NCBI RefSeq assembly: GCF_009914755.1
Contig: NC_060927.1
Source: the human T2T-CHM13v2.0 reference genome, Homo sapiens
DNA: 64,000 nucleotides
Reading direction: 5' to 3' (one strand)
The position numbers and the translations under genes were made by a program. Below, one piece after another: positions 47,890-60,187 of the stretch. Position 1 is the stretch's first letter. Each line of letters opens with the position of its first letter. A model generated the notes under the pieces. It saw only the letters and a program-made list of their open reading frames with translations. It had not been told where the DNA came from and searched no databases.

Positions 47890-49407
47890 GTAAGTTTGTT
47901 GGTCATCATTATTATACTTGTAAGTAAGCATTACAAGGTTGCAATTTATAAATAAATGCTATCTATCAGGAATAGTGATGTCAAATAATTCTTAGCATCC
48001 CATCTTATTATTTTAAAAAGCAATTTATTTTTTATCTTCTCATAATTATAGACTACCAATTTGTTGGTATAAATTGGATTTAGACTGTAATGTATTTTTA
48101 TCTCAACAAATTACAGTGTGATGAACAGACAGAAATGTATTTTATGTGTTATTGTTGATTGACTGATAAGACAAATTAACACCAGGTGTGACAGGTACTC
48201 CAGGTAAGCCAATAGCATGTACAGATACCCAGGAGCATGAAATGTCTGCTGCTTTGGGGCAGCTGTAATAACTTTAAGTCCAGGGTTTAGAGGTACATAT
48301 GATCAAGTTAGGTGAGTAAAGTAGTAAGAAAAGATGCTGTAGAAGAATGGATTTAATATGATTTTCTGGCTGTCTTAAGAGAAGGGACCTCATTGTTTTG
48401 GCCAATCACTGGAAGTATAGAGATGGCTACTTTGCAGCAAATATCTTTCTTTTTCCTAGATAGCTCTGTTCATGATAGTAGGGATCATGTGGGAGAGAGA
48501 AAACAATGGTGATTTTGGCAGATGCTCACCGCATCATTGAATTTCTGTCCGATGTGTCATTGGCGGATATTCTGTTCATTCAACCTGGCTGAGGAAAAAG
48601 CTCTTTGAATCTTCTTGCAGGGTGATACTGACCCATTAACCGTGACAGTTCAGTCAGTAATTAAACTAACCCAAAAAATTATGTAATTATTTATGTGTTC
48701 TGCCAAATTTTTTTTGTTTTTTTTTCCCCAAAAAATCGCAAAAGAATTTACTGGTTATCTTACTCAAATCCAGCTGCCTATTCTATGTTAACTTTACCAA
48801 TTAATTAGCAACTTTCTCCAAGAAGGAAGCAAATTGAATCACATATGAATTATAACTTATGAATTTTGTTGCATCTACTGATTATTGCTTTTTCTTCTAT
48901 ATGCTACAAAAGTATTCCTTTAATAATCCATGTAAATTTTCTCTGGGATCTCACAGATCTGTACTTTGTACAGTCCCATGTCTTATCGTTACAATTTTAA
49001 GTTAGAATTAGTAGGCATCTATCTACAATTTCTAGACATCACCTAAAAGACCAGTCAGCTCTCTCATTTGCAAATACACTCACTGTCCTGCATTGTAATT
49101 GCTCAGCTTCAGGAAGCTGCGTTTGGCAGTGAACTCACTGTGGCAAGTCAATGGGCTACAGTGCTACCAAAAACAGACTCTGTAAGAGTGCTCTAACCTA
49201 AGTTGGTAAGTTGGTAAGTTGGTTGGCACCATTACTCAACATTTTCTTGCCCCAGGTCATTTCATAAATACAGAATTCAGTCATAGCTAGCAAGTGTTGG
49301 CCAGAGTTGTAAGGAGTTTCAACATCCTTTTTTTCTACTTTTGTTCTAAAATAATCTAAACTTCCTAAAATAGTTGCAAGTTTAGCATATATAGAATCTC
49401 TGAAATG

Positions 49408-50112
49408 GCTTTATTCTGCCATCACCTTGATGAATAGTGTCTGGCTTCTTTTCATCCATACTAATGTTCTTATCAAATAGCGGCACCCTTTCTTTCTTCT
49501 CCTAGAAATAATTTTTCATTTTTTACATTACAAGGTTGCAATTTTCCAAATTTTTCTGTTCTACTTCTCTTTTAATTAAAAATTCCATTTTAAAACATTT
49601 TTCACTTCTTTCATTTTACTGTAAACAGTCAAAAGAAGCCATGTAACACCTTGAACACTTTGCTGCTTAGATATATTCTTCTGCCACATAACTTCATTTA
49701 TTGTTTTTAAATTCTACCTTCCATAAAGCCCTACGGCATGGACACAATTCAGTCAAATTCGTTGCCACTTTGTAACAACGATGTCCTTTACTTCAGTTTT
49801 CAGTACATTGTTCCTCATTTCTGCCTGAGACCTTATCAGAATGGCCTTTACTGTCGGTATTTCTGTTAACATTCTGATCATGACCATTTAAGTAATCTCT
49901 ATGAAGATACAGCCTTCCCTACAGCTCTTGTCTTTTTTTAAATACCTCACCAGAATTGCTGTTAATAATCCTAGATTTGCTCACAACAATTTAGGCTTTT
50001 TCTAGCCTGTTCCTTTAAGTTCTTCCAGCCTTTACCCATTATCCACTTCCAAAGCTGCTTCTACATTTCTAGGAATTTGTTATAGCAAGAACCGCACTTC
50101 TGGTTTCAATTT
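49408..50112 (-). mobile_element. MST-int (MaLR internal sequence) adjoining an LTR
   Basis: ttcctcatttctgcctgagacc...ttccaaagctgcttctacattt...tatagcaagaaccgcacttctggtttcaatttt. Confidence 0.75.
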
Positions 50113-50490
50113 TCTTACTCCATTTTGTGTTGCTATAATGGAGTGCTTGAAACTGAGTAATTTATAAAGAGCGGAGATTTGTTTCTTACAGTTCAGGAGG
50201 CTGGTCAGTCCAAGGTCAAGGGGCTCACATCTGGCAAGGGCTTTAATCATTTCATCCAGTGGTGGAAGGCATAATGGTAAGAGAGCATCCATGAGAGCAA
50301 GAAAGGGCCAAACTCACTTTTATAACATGCCCCTCAAAATAACGCGCCTGCTCTCATGATAACAGCATTAATCCATGTGTGAGAATACTTCATGATCCAA
50401 TCGCCTCTTAAAGGTGGCACCTTTCAACATGGTTACTTTGGGGATCAAGTTTCCAACACATGAGCTGTGGGGTACACATCCAAATCATAG
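50113..50490 (-). mobile_element. MST-type MaLR LTR
   Basis: ccattttgtgttgctataa...aatttataaaga...tcttacagttcaggaggctgg...caagtttccaacacatga...catccaaatcatag. Confidence 0.85.
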
Positions 50491-50637
50491 GAAATGATTA
50501 TTAGAGGGACTAATCTAAAACTACCTTTTTTCAATTTAAGAACTTTGTTTTATTTACCAATTTAAGGGTGATAAGCTGTAAAGAAGTAATTTAGAACAAC
50601 CCAAAATACAAGGAGGTAGTTTTTGTTTGGTTTTTAA

Positions 50638-51013
<376 letters not shown>

Positions 51014-51099
51014 TCAACTGTCTGCATTTCTACCATTTTTGTTTTTTTATATGTACGTTCCCACAACACCAGTATTTTTCAAGGTAAAATTTACATAAA

Positions 51100-52100
51100 T
51101 TAAAATCCAGCACACATACGTATAGGAGAAATTCAGTGATGGGTAACTCAGGGTTGTTAGTACTTAGCTTTTATATAATATCTTAAGAAAGAACAAGAAA
51201 CGTGTAGAGAAGTAACAAGACAAAAGAAAAGAGATTTAGCCTTTCAGGGGTAGCAAACTATGGGAAGATAAATAAATGGGGGGAAGTTAATGAAAGATAA
51301 AAGTTTTGTTTGAGTAAGGTTTGTTATGTAGTTCCTTTTCCTCTGCCCCTCTGGGTTAGTAAGAGTCTTCATTAAAAGTCTATGTGAATCCAATTTTAAG
51401 AGTTAAAAGTTGTGTCAATGCCATGAATCAAAGAATAGATATTTATAACAAAAGATCTGTATGAAGTGATGCATAATAGATGGTGATGGCTGAAGCTGCT
51501 GAAAATTGATGGTCTAAATCAAAAGGATGGATTAGGAATCTTTGCGGAATTATTACACACCTGCAGTTTTGTGAGAAAAGCAGGGAATGTCAAGGTCTTT
51601 TACTTCAAGGAGGATTTGAAGTATTTGGGGGTATACATTATTGTATTAGCTTAGTCAGTTTACACCTAGCTAGACAGTGCAAACTTGTGAAGGAGGATGT
51701 TTTCAGTATATCACACTAGGATCATGGCACCAGTCCTGAAGAAGTAGGTGGAACTTTTGATCTCCATCATACCACATACACACCCATGTGTGGGAATGCT
51801 AATGGGATAGAATCTGATACAGTTAGGGTCTGAAACACTTTGAGTTCCTTATGGTACTTTGAATCAATATTTAGTTGAGTACTTCTTGTTCATTTATTTG
51901 TATTATCCTCATTAGATTGAACCTGTATAGGTTTATCTTTGAAACTAAAGATTAAATTGAATGTAAGTTCTACTGTAAAAAAAAAAAAAAGTCTAACCCT
52001 GACTTTTTGTAAATTGCGGGGGAGGCAGAGAGTGTTTCGTAGGGCACGGGGAGCATCTTCTGTTTCTCAATTATCTTCAGCTCAAAGTAATCTTGCTATA
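51100..52100 (-). mobile_element. ERV1-class LTR (MER31/MER67-like) split by a retrocopy insertion
   Basis: Left piece ggagaaattcagtgatgggtaactc...aggtttgttatgtag; right piece ggaggcagagag...ctgtttctcaattatcttcagctcaaagtaatc; family assignment from memory. Confidence 0.5.
51383..51990 (+). pseudogene. 5'-truncated retrocopy (processed pseudogene fragment or orphan transduction) of an unidentified polyadenylated transcript
   Basis: ATTAAA 51951-51956, A14 tail 51977-51990, perfect 9-bp TSD aaaagtcta (51374-51382 / 51987-51995) at a TT|AAAA L1 endonuclease site; body not recognisable to me as a known repeat. Confidence 0.7.
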
Positions 52101-53870
52101 AGTATTTCAACTGCACTAAACTGTGATCCGAATAAATCTGATTTCCCAGGACCATATATTTCTGGAATTCTAAGAGACTTTAGTGCTTATATAGCAAAAA
52201 ATCAATTCTCAATCTTGAAGCACAAGAACCCTGCATTTTAGCCAAAGACTGAGGTAAATTGGGCATCCAAACTGATATTTACATATCTAGTCATAATTAT
52301 AATACCAGTGATAGGTTGTAGTTGGAGTTATATTTGGCCTAAAATCATAAATCAGCTACATAGGGTAAGACCCAAAACAAACAGAAAATCAGAAAGATAT
52401 GAGGTAAGCATAAAAAATAAGAAAGTAAAAAATATGTATCTTTAAGTAGTATTCCATTTGGTCTGTGTTGAAACATGGAAAAGAAAACCCTTTCCAAATT
52501 TCTCAGCAGTAAGATTGTCTGAAATCTGAAGAACTGAAAATAGTATTAGGAATAACAAATCCTTTTCTTCCATCTACTTTCTTTAATAATTTCTCTTCTG
52601 AATTCTGTGTTGACTACAGTGTTGATTTTAATTTTAGTAACACCTCCAGGTAACTGGTAATCTATTTACTACCAGTTAATTGTTTGTCTTGACTTAGACT
52701 TGAATTTCCTTATGTACCATTTTCAGAAATCCATCCTGATTTAAAGCTTCGTATCTATGTCCCTCTCTCTGTCTTTCTGCTACAATCCTTTTTTTCCTTT
52801 TTATTTGTTTTAAATTCTGGAGAGAAAAGTCTTTTCAGTGGCTCTATTCTAGGGAAATGTATCAAATGACACAGTTTATTTAATATTCCCAGTGTTACAA
52901 TTCAGTGGATCTCTGTGTTGTTTATCTACTGTCTGTTGAACATCACTCCTGCCAAACAAAACTATTCAAAGAATAAAGAATATCACTGTAATTTGTGACA
53001 AGTCATTACCAGGTATTCCTGGTCCAGTTACTTGGACAAATATCGAAAGACTGACTTGAGTTGGCACTAAATCAACTAAGACAATGTTGAACCATTCCCT
53101 GACTAGAATGGCAGAAAATATAAATATGTGCCTAGTTGTCAAAGCAAAATGTTAGATATTCACAGTATGAATATCTGTCACTTGGTTGGGGAAAATAAAG
53201 TGTCTGAATTCTTACTATTTCATTGTAAGTGTCTGGTGGTTCTTATATGTGCTCTGCAGGCTTCAGATTTACATGTCATATTATTCAACTTGATTCTTAG
53301 AACCACTTATGGTGTGGCTCATTGTTAAGCGGCAAAATTTTTCTGAAAGTTTATTCATAACATCTTGAAAAGATTGATTGTTTAAATTCAAACTGCTCCT
53401 TTCAAAAGTCTAAATTTTGTTTTGAAAAATAATTTTGGCGACGTAAGTTCTCTTGGCCCCACAGAGGGAAATTTGCAGTTGATTGTTTGAATGTCTAGGA
53501 TTATAGCCTACAGAGAACATTTTTGAGTGGTTATTGTTCATAAAAAATCAGTGTACCATATACTACATTTATCATTTAGAATGTTGTGTACTTGTATTGG
53601 AAGCACTCTACTTTAAATTAAATGTGTGCTTGATCAATAGAGACAATCAGTTTGTTTAGTTTAAGAACTAAAGTTTCCACAAAAATCCATGATGAATTCT
53701 GAGGATGATAAAATCCACTGCTAAAAAAAAAGATTTACTAATGTTTCTATCTTAAAGAATATAGAAGCTATTGAAACAACGATATGATTAGTTTAAAAAT
53801 TTTGTAGCACTTCTTATTTTTTACCTTGTATGGTTGCTTCAACAAGACAGCAGTAACTGGCTACATTTTG

Positions 53871-54014
53871 CAGATGCCTTTGGTCCCAGCTACTTGGGAG
53901 GCTGAGGTGGGAGGATCACTTGAGCCTTGAAGGTTGAACTGTAGTGAGTCATGATCACAGTACTTCACGCAAGCCTTGGTTACAGAGCTAGACTCTGTCT
54001 TAAAAAAAAAAAAA
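53871..54014 (+). mobile_element. AluJ right-arm portion with poly(A); the rest of the element lies inverted at 55935-56160
   Basis: cccagctacttgggaggctgaggtgggaggatcacttgagcc...gactctgtctt(A)13. Confidence 0.9.
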
Positions 54015-55934
54015 TTGAAATCATATCAAATATCTCCTCAGACCGCAATGGAATAAACCTAGAAATCAATAACAAGAGGAATTTTGGAAGCTATAAAAAT
54101 ACATGGAAATGAACAACATGCTCCTAAATGACCATCAGGTTAAGGAGGGAAAAAATATTGAAACAAATGAAAATTGAAACACAACATACCAAAACCTATG
54201 AGATATAGCAAAAGCAGTGCTAAGAGGGAATTTCATAGCAAAAACACCTATATCAAAAAAATACAAAGATTTCAAGTAAGAAATCTAATGATCCATCTCA
54301 ATGAACTAGAAAAGCAAGAATAAGCCAAACCCATACTTAGTAGAATGAAACAAATAATAAAATATCAGAGTAGAACTAAAGGAACTAGAGTCTTGAAAAA
54401 ATACAAAACAGCAATAAACAGAAAGTTGGCTGTTTGAAAAGATAAAATAGATAAACCACTGATTAGATTAACAAATAAAAAGGAGTTAAGGCCCAAATAA
54501 ACAAAATCAGAAATGAAAAAAGACATTACAACTGAAACCACATAAATACAAAAGATCAGGGGGACTATTATGAACAACTATACACTAACAATCTGGAAAC
54601 CTGAGAGAAAATGGATAAATTTTGGTCACATACAATCTACAAAGATTGAATCAGGAAGAAATAGAAAACCTGGACATACCAATAACAAGTAATAAAATTG
54701 AGTCAGTAATAAAAAGTCTTCCAACAACAACAAAAAAACCTAGGGTGGGATGGCTTCAATGTTGAATTCTACTGACCTTTCAAAGAAGAATTAACACCAA
54801 TTCTCCTCAAACTAGTGCAAAAAATTGAAGAGGAAGAAATTCTTCATATCTCATTCTATCATGCCAGCATTACTTTGATACCAAAACCAGGCAAGAATGC
54901 AACAACAAGAATAAACTACAGATCAATATCCCTGATGAACATAGACACAAAAAATCATCAACCAAATACTAGCAAACCAAATTCAACAGTACATCAGAAA
55001 GATGATACAACATATGCAAATCAATAAACATGATATACATGATAAACACTGATAAAACGAAAGACAAAAACATATGGTCACCTCAATAGATACAGAAAGC
55101 ATTTGGTAAATTCAACACTCCATTGTGATAAAAATTCTGAACAAAGTAGGATGAAAAGGAATATACCTCAATGTAATAAAGGCTATATATGAAAAACCCA
55201 TACTTAATACCATACTAAATGGGGAAAAGCCTTTCTTGTGAGAACTGGAAAAAGACATGGATGTCCACTTTCACCATTCCTATTCAACATAGTACTGGAA
55301 GTCCTAGCCAGAGCAGTCAGGCAAAAGAAAGAAATAAAAAGACATCCACATTGGAAAAGAAGAAGTCAAATTGTCCCTCTATGCAGATGACATGGTCTCA
55401 TAGCTAATAAAACTCAAAAATCTTAGATCTGATAAATTCAGTAGAGTTGCAGGATACAAAATCAACATACAAAATCAGCAGCCTTCCTGTAAACCAATAA
55501 CAAATGAGCTGTGATAGAAATAAAAAACGCAATCCCATTCACAGTAGCTTTGAAAAATACCTAGGAATAAATTTAAACAAGGAAATTAAAGACCTCAACA
55601 AAGAAAACTCCAAAATACTGATGAAATAAACTGAAGAGGACACAAACAAATGGAAAGACATCTTGTGCTCATGGACTGGAATAATTAATATTCTTAAAAT
55701 GACCAAACTGCCTAAATGAATCTACAGATTCAATGCAATCCCTATCAATGTCATTGTTTCTACAGAATTAGAAAAAACAATTATAATATTTGAAGGGAAC
55801 CATAAAAGAGCCCAAACAGCCAATCCAATCCTGAACAAAAAGAAGAAACCTGGAGACATTACAGCACCTGACTTCAAAGTATATTACAAGCATATAGTAA
55901 ACGAAACAATACGGTATTGGTATAAAAACAGAAA
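54015..55934 (+). mobile_element. Old L1 (L1MA-like) ORF2 from the end of the endonuclease through RT; many stops and frameshifts
   Basis: ORF fragments [15 protein letters not shown]...[10 protein letters not shown]; ends at ...ggtattggtataaaaacaga. Confidence 0.93.
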
Positions 55935-56160
55935 CACTACAGTTCAACCTTCAAGGCACAAGTGATCCTCCCACCTCAGCCTCCAAGTAGCTGGGACCAA
56001 AGGGATGTGCCACCATGCCTGGCTAATATTTTTATTATTTGTAGAGACAAGGTCTCACTATGTTGCCCAGTCTAGTCTCAACTTCCTGGGCTCTAGCAGT
56101 CCTCCTGCCTTCGCCTCCCAAAATGCTGAGATTGTAGTTGTGAGTCACCACACCTGGCTG
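55935..56160 (-). mobile_element. AluJ left arm plus first part of right arm (inverted partner of 53871-54014)
   Basis: Reverse-strand Alu breaking at ...gaactgtagtg; shares private mutations with 53871-53946. Confidence 0.9.
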
Positions 56161-56995
56161 TGATTTTGATTTTTTTCTAAATTTGTTGAGACGTGTGTTG
56201 TGCCTTAACATATAGTCTTTCATGGAAAATTTTCTACATGCTGATGAGAAGAATGTGTTTTCTGTAGCTGTCGGATGAAATGTTCTGTCAATGTCTGTTA
56301 GGTCGGCTTGTTGCAAAGAGCAATTTAACTCCAATGTTTGTTCATTTTCTGTCTAGATTATCTGTTTTTTGAGAGTGAGGTGTTGAAGTCCCCAACTATT
56401 ATTGTACTGGAGTCTATTTCTCCGTTTAGATCTAATAATGCATGCTTTATATAGCTGGGCACTCTGGTATTGGGTGCATATATGTTTACAATTGTTACAT
56501 TTTCTTGGTGAATTGACCCATTTATCAATATGTAATAATATATCCCTTTACTTTCATTCTATATGTGTCTTTACATGTCAATTCTTGGGTTTTCAGGCTT
56601 GCTTGGGTGCTAGCAGTAGCATTGGTGGGTTGGACATGTAGCCCCCAGGCAGTGGGCATGGTGTGGACAATGGCAGTAGCAGTGGCAGGATAAACCTCTC
56701 TTTGTGCTGGTACTAGTGGTAGCTTCAATGGGCCAGTCCTCTGGCCTGCAGATGTTGTGTACAGGTAGATGTCAGCTGTGGTGGTGGTGGCAGGTTGGGT
56801 GAATCCGATCTCAGGTCCCCAAGAGGAGTGCTCAGATACCATCAAAGGTGGATGGGGCAGCAGCAGCTGTGTTGCAGCCCTATTTCTGGTGAATGTGGGG
56901 CTTCTTTTAGTAATAGTAGCTGTAGGTAGGTGGCTAGGGAGCATGTGCTTCAGCCCCAGGTGGTGGCTGTAAGCAAGATAGCTTATCCTCAAGGT
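56161..56995 (-). mobile_element. Inverted 5' part of the same L1: endonuclease N-terminal region joined to a 5' UTR-like piece (ORF1 absent)
   Basis: Minus ORF DLTDIDRTFHPTATENTFFSSA is the L1 EN motif; GC-richer 5' UTR-like sequence at 56585-56995. Confidence 0.8.
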
Positions 56996-56998
56996 GCT

Positions 56999-57549
56999 TG
57001 GATAAATAAAATGTGGTATATATGCACAATGGAATACTATTTAGCCATCAAAGAAATGAAATCATGTCATTTACAGCAACAGGGGTGGAACTGGAGGTCA
57101 ATATGTCATGTGAAATAAACAAGGCATAGAAATATAAATATGCGTGTTCTTACTCATATGTAGGAGCTAAAAAATTAGTTTATATCATGGAGATAGAGAG
57201 TAGAATGATAGATATCAGAGGCTGTGGGTAGAGGTGTGGTGGGCGCCGGGGGGATGAAGAGAGGTTGGTCAGTTGGTACAAATACATAGCTAGATAGAAG
57301 GAATAATTTCTAACATTCAGTATCAGTGTTGGGTGATTATAGTTAACAACAATGTATTTCATATTTCAAAATAGCTGGAAAAGAGGACTTGAAATGTTCC
57401 CAATGTACAGAAATAGTAAATACTCAAGGTAATAGATACCCTAAATACCCTGACTGGATCATTATACATTCCATGCATGTAACAAAATATCACATGCATC
57501 ACCATATATATGTATAAATATCATGTATCATTAAGAAATAACAATAAAA
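56999..57549 (+). mobile_element. L1MA 3' end (ORF2 tail and 3' UTR)
   Basis: tggataaataaaatgtggtatatatgcacaatggaatactatttagccat...ctaaataccctgactggatcattatacatt...aataaaaa. Confidence 0.9.
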
Positions 57550-57559
57550 ATTGTCCAAT

Positions 57560-57810
57560 ATTTTGACATCTTTGTATGTTTGCATCATCTTTTGAATGCA
57601 CGCTTACTTTCTGACACAGTACAATGTTTTAGGCTTATCTTGTATTTTCTCCACTCATACCTAGAGTCAGCCATTTCTCCAAAAATCTCTAGATCCTTTT
57701 CGTAGAAAAAGATATTTAGAATCAATATCTGGGTGCTAGACTTATTGACTATTGTTGCGTGTTTTAAGTCCTCTCGATGGACAAAGCTAGATTAGGTAGA
57801 TTAGATAGAC

Positions 57811-57841
<31 letters not shown>

Positions 57842-58235
57842 TAGTAGAGGTAGCAATCCATATTTATAGATACTGATAGCTTCAATTCCAACCCAGCATG
57901 TATAAGGTTTATTCTGCTTTTTCCCTCTTCCCTATTTGTAACTCCCCTCACCAACAGTGAGAGACATGGCTCTCATGATGATCAATGTATCTATTCATTT
58001 GTTTATCTTTCCCCCTCAATCGACCACCTCACTTCACCTACCCCCTATAAGAAATCTATCTTATTTATTTATGGTTTGTCTATTCTGTGTTTCTTTTGGT
58101 AGGAAATAAGCATATACACATATTCTTCTTATTTATCCTTTGATTTTACATAAAATGCAGCATACTATAAATATGCATTTGTACTTTGTTGGAGTTTTTT
58201 TTCCCCACTTGAAAGTTATTCTACAAATCACTCCA
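57560..58235 (-). mobile_element. L1MC/MD-like 3' UTR fragment containing (GATA/GACA)n at about 57795-57845
   Basis: aggcttatcttgtattttc...gagtcagccatttctccaa...atatttagaatcaatatctgggtgctag. Confidence 0.65.
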
Positions 58236-58249
58236 CATCAGTTCTTAGA

Positions 58250-58690
58250 GACTGACAATGGTCAGATTGTCCAGAAGCAGGTACTGAGAGCAAGTTTGGT
58301 TTGCAAGGGTTTTATTAATGATCAATACCTGTGGAAAACAGGGAGCACAGCAGGATTGGATAAAGGGAGAAATGGAACTCCCTTTGTGTTCCACTTTGTG
58401 TTATTGGGACCGTCAAACCACACCTGAAGATACGACCTATCAGACTTGTTCACTGGTAGTCCAAATGGCCCGGTCTGTATGCCGTTTCTGCAATCAGTCA
58501 TTGGAAGTGTGCCTCCCCCAGAACGTTGTGCCGTTGTGTGAAGACTGGATGACTGAGGCAAACCCTGAAAATCTTAACAGTGGGAAGCTATCTGCTGACA
58601 GAACTCACAGCAGCTGAGACAACAGGCTCTCTCTTGACAGGATGGGGCATCACAGTGGAACATCTGGACAAAACCTCACCACGTCTACCG
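58250..58690 (-). mobile_element. ERVL-type LTR (LTR16/33-like), tentative
   Basis: ccagaagcaggtactgaga...tgcaagggttttatt...caatacctgtg; GC-richer block with LTR-like ends. Confidence 0.4.
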
Positions 58691-58715
58691 CGTCTACTGA
58701 GTTAGAAGGGCTAGA

Positions 58716-58892
58716 GCTGTGCTGTCCAATATGATAGCCACTAGCCATATATGGCTATTTAACTTTAAATTAATTTAAATGAAATAAAATTTAAAAGGCA
58801 GCCATACCAGTCATATTTGAAGTGTTTAATAGCCAATATGGCTTTACAGAGAATTTCTGTCATCAAGCAAAATTCCGTTGGAATGAGTGCTG
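58716..58892. mobile_element. MER3 (hAT-Charlie) DNA transposon
   Basis: ctgtgctgtccaatatgatagccactagccatatatggctattta...ccgttggaatgagtgctg. Confidence 0.8.
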
Positions 58893-60147
58893 CAGAATAA
58901 ATAGATGTCTAAAACAGTGTGATGTTTGAAAAAATTCGGTGGTTATAGATCATCCATGAGATAGTATCTGCACCTAATCTTGATAACTGAGGATTGTTTG
59001 CATTTTTTACCATTTGAAAGTTGTATTTACAAAGCAGACTCTAAGAACCACATGTTAGGTATGCTTCATGAATTCTTTTATGGTTTAGTGTTGAACCAAA
59101 ACATAGATGAGTGCTCCTAAAGTAAATATTTTCTATTTTTAGAATTCTCTGAAGAGTTTTTGAATTTTAAGTATGTAAAAATAAATCTTGTAATGCCACT
59201 TTAAAGTGTTATTGCATTTACTTCAAACTGCTAGCATTGTAAATTTCAGTACCATACAATTTCATTTGAGAGATGTGTCTTGTATGAAAAATTGTGTTGC
59301 ACTTTTATTTGCCTATCAACAGCCACTCAGTTCCTAAATTTTTCAGTGAGAATTAAAAAAATTGAATCTCTGGAATATTATGTTTTTTTGAGAGCAAATC
59401 ATCTAAGTGTTAGAGTTGAAGAGTATAAATGTGGACTATTTTTAAGTAAATTAAAAGTGAGGCTTTGGTCGCTCTTTTAAATGTGAAAATAGCTCTGTCT
59501 GCTGGAAACGTGTCAGGTAATTAACTTTCTTTCCCTGACACTGCTCATTGAGTAATGAGCAGTGACACCACCTATATATTTACAAAGATTGTGACTTATA
59601 TACGTGCATACCCCTCCATATGATTATTGAATACCCTCGCTGCTTCCTTTTGGGTACAGGGCCTCCCGAAAGCCTTTCTGAAGCTTCTTTTTTTTTCCAC
59701 CTTCCGTTCTCTTTAATTCCTCAGGCCATTATTTGCTAACATTTACAAAAGTATCTGCAGTAAATTTGTTAAGGAAATGGAGAATCCAACTAAGCTACAC
59801 TACAGATTTCTTTACTACAAAACTATTAGACTTATTATTATTGTAATGTGTTTTCAAGTCTCTAAAAGCACTACAGTCTGTAAAATCTCCCAAATGTATC
59901 TAACCACGGAGTCATTTTTGAGGAATATCTGGAATTACTACTACACAGTCAAACCTACTGTGGGATTGCTGGCATGAAATATCTGGCCTTCCTGCTACGA
60001 ATCCTTCTCCAGTTTTATGCCCCAACATAGAAATGTATGGTTTGTACCTCAGCTTTTGCAGATTTTGTAGCTTAAGATGTGTAAAAAGTAATACAGAAAG
60101 TAGGAAAGGGCAGGGCTGATTAGATCACATGGTGATGGCAAAGTATA

Positions 60148-60187
60148 CACCTGCAGGTGCACCTGCTTATGAGTCAGCAGGAAACAA
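60148..60187. promoter_or_regulatory. Candidate enhancer motif cluster: three abutting E2-boxes plus AP-1 site
   Basis: CACCTG-CAGGTG-CACCTG (60148-60165), TGAGTCA (60170-60176), then caggaaacaaa; motif evidence only. Confidence 0.3.

Noticed and set aside
48506-48592. Short protein-like ORF (MVILADAHRIIEFLSDVSLADILFIQPG) just downstream of the exon
   Set aside because: Under 30 codons, no recognisable homology or convincing splice sites.
49198-49224. Short tandem duplications ((TAAGTTGG)3 here; tgcatctagt x2 at 1881; agctctggg x2 at 4507)
   Set aside because: Ordinary slippage products; not spacer-containing arrays or CRISPR-like.
50517-50623. 10-bp inverted repeats (aaaactacct / aggtagtttt) around an 87-bp spacer, with a minus-strand AATAAA and A-run
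   Set aside because: Too short and AT-rich to distinguish a micro-inversion or mini-retrocopy from chance.
56525-56992. 155-aa Thr/Ala-rich minus-strand ORF
   Set aside because: Lies in the L1 5' UTR-like piece and runs into endonuclease remnants; no splice or promoter support.
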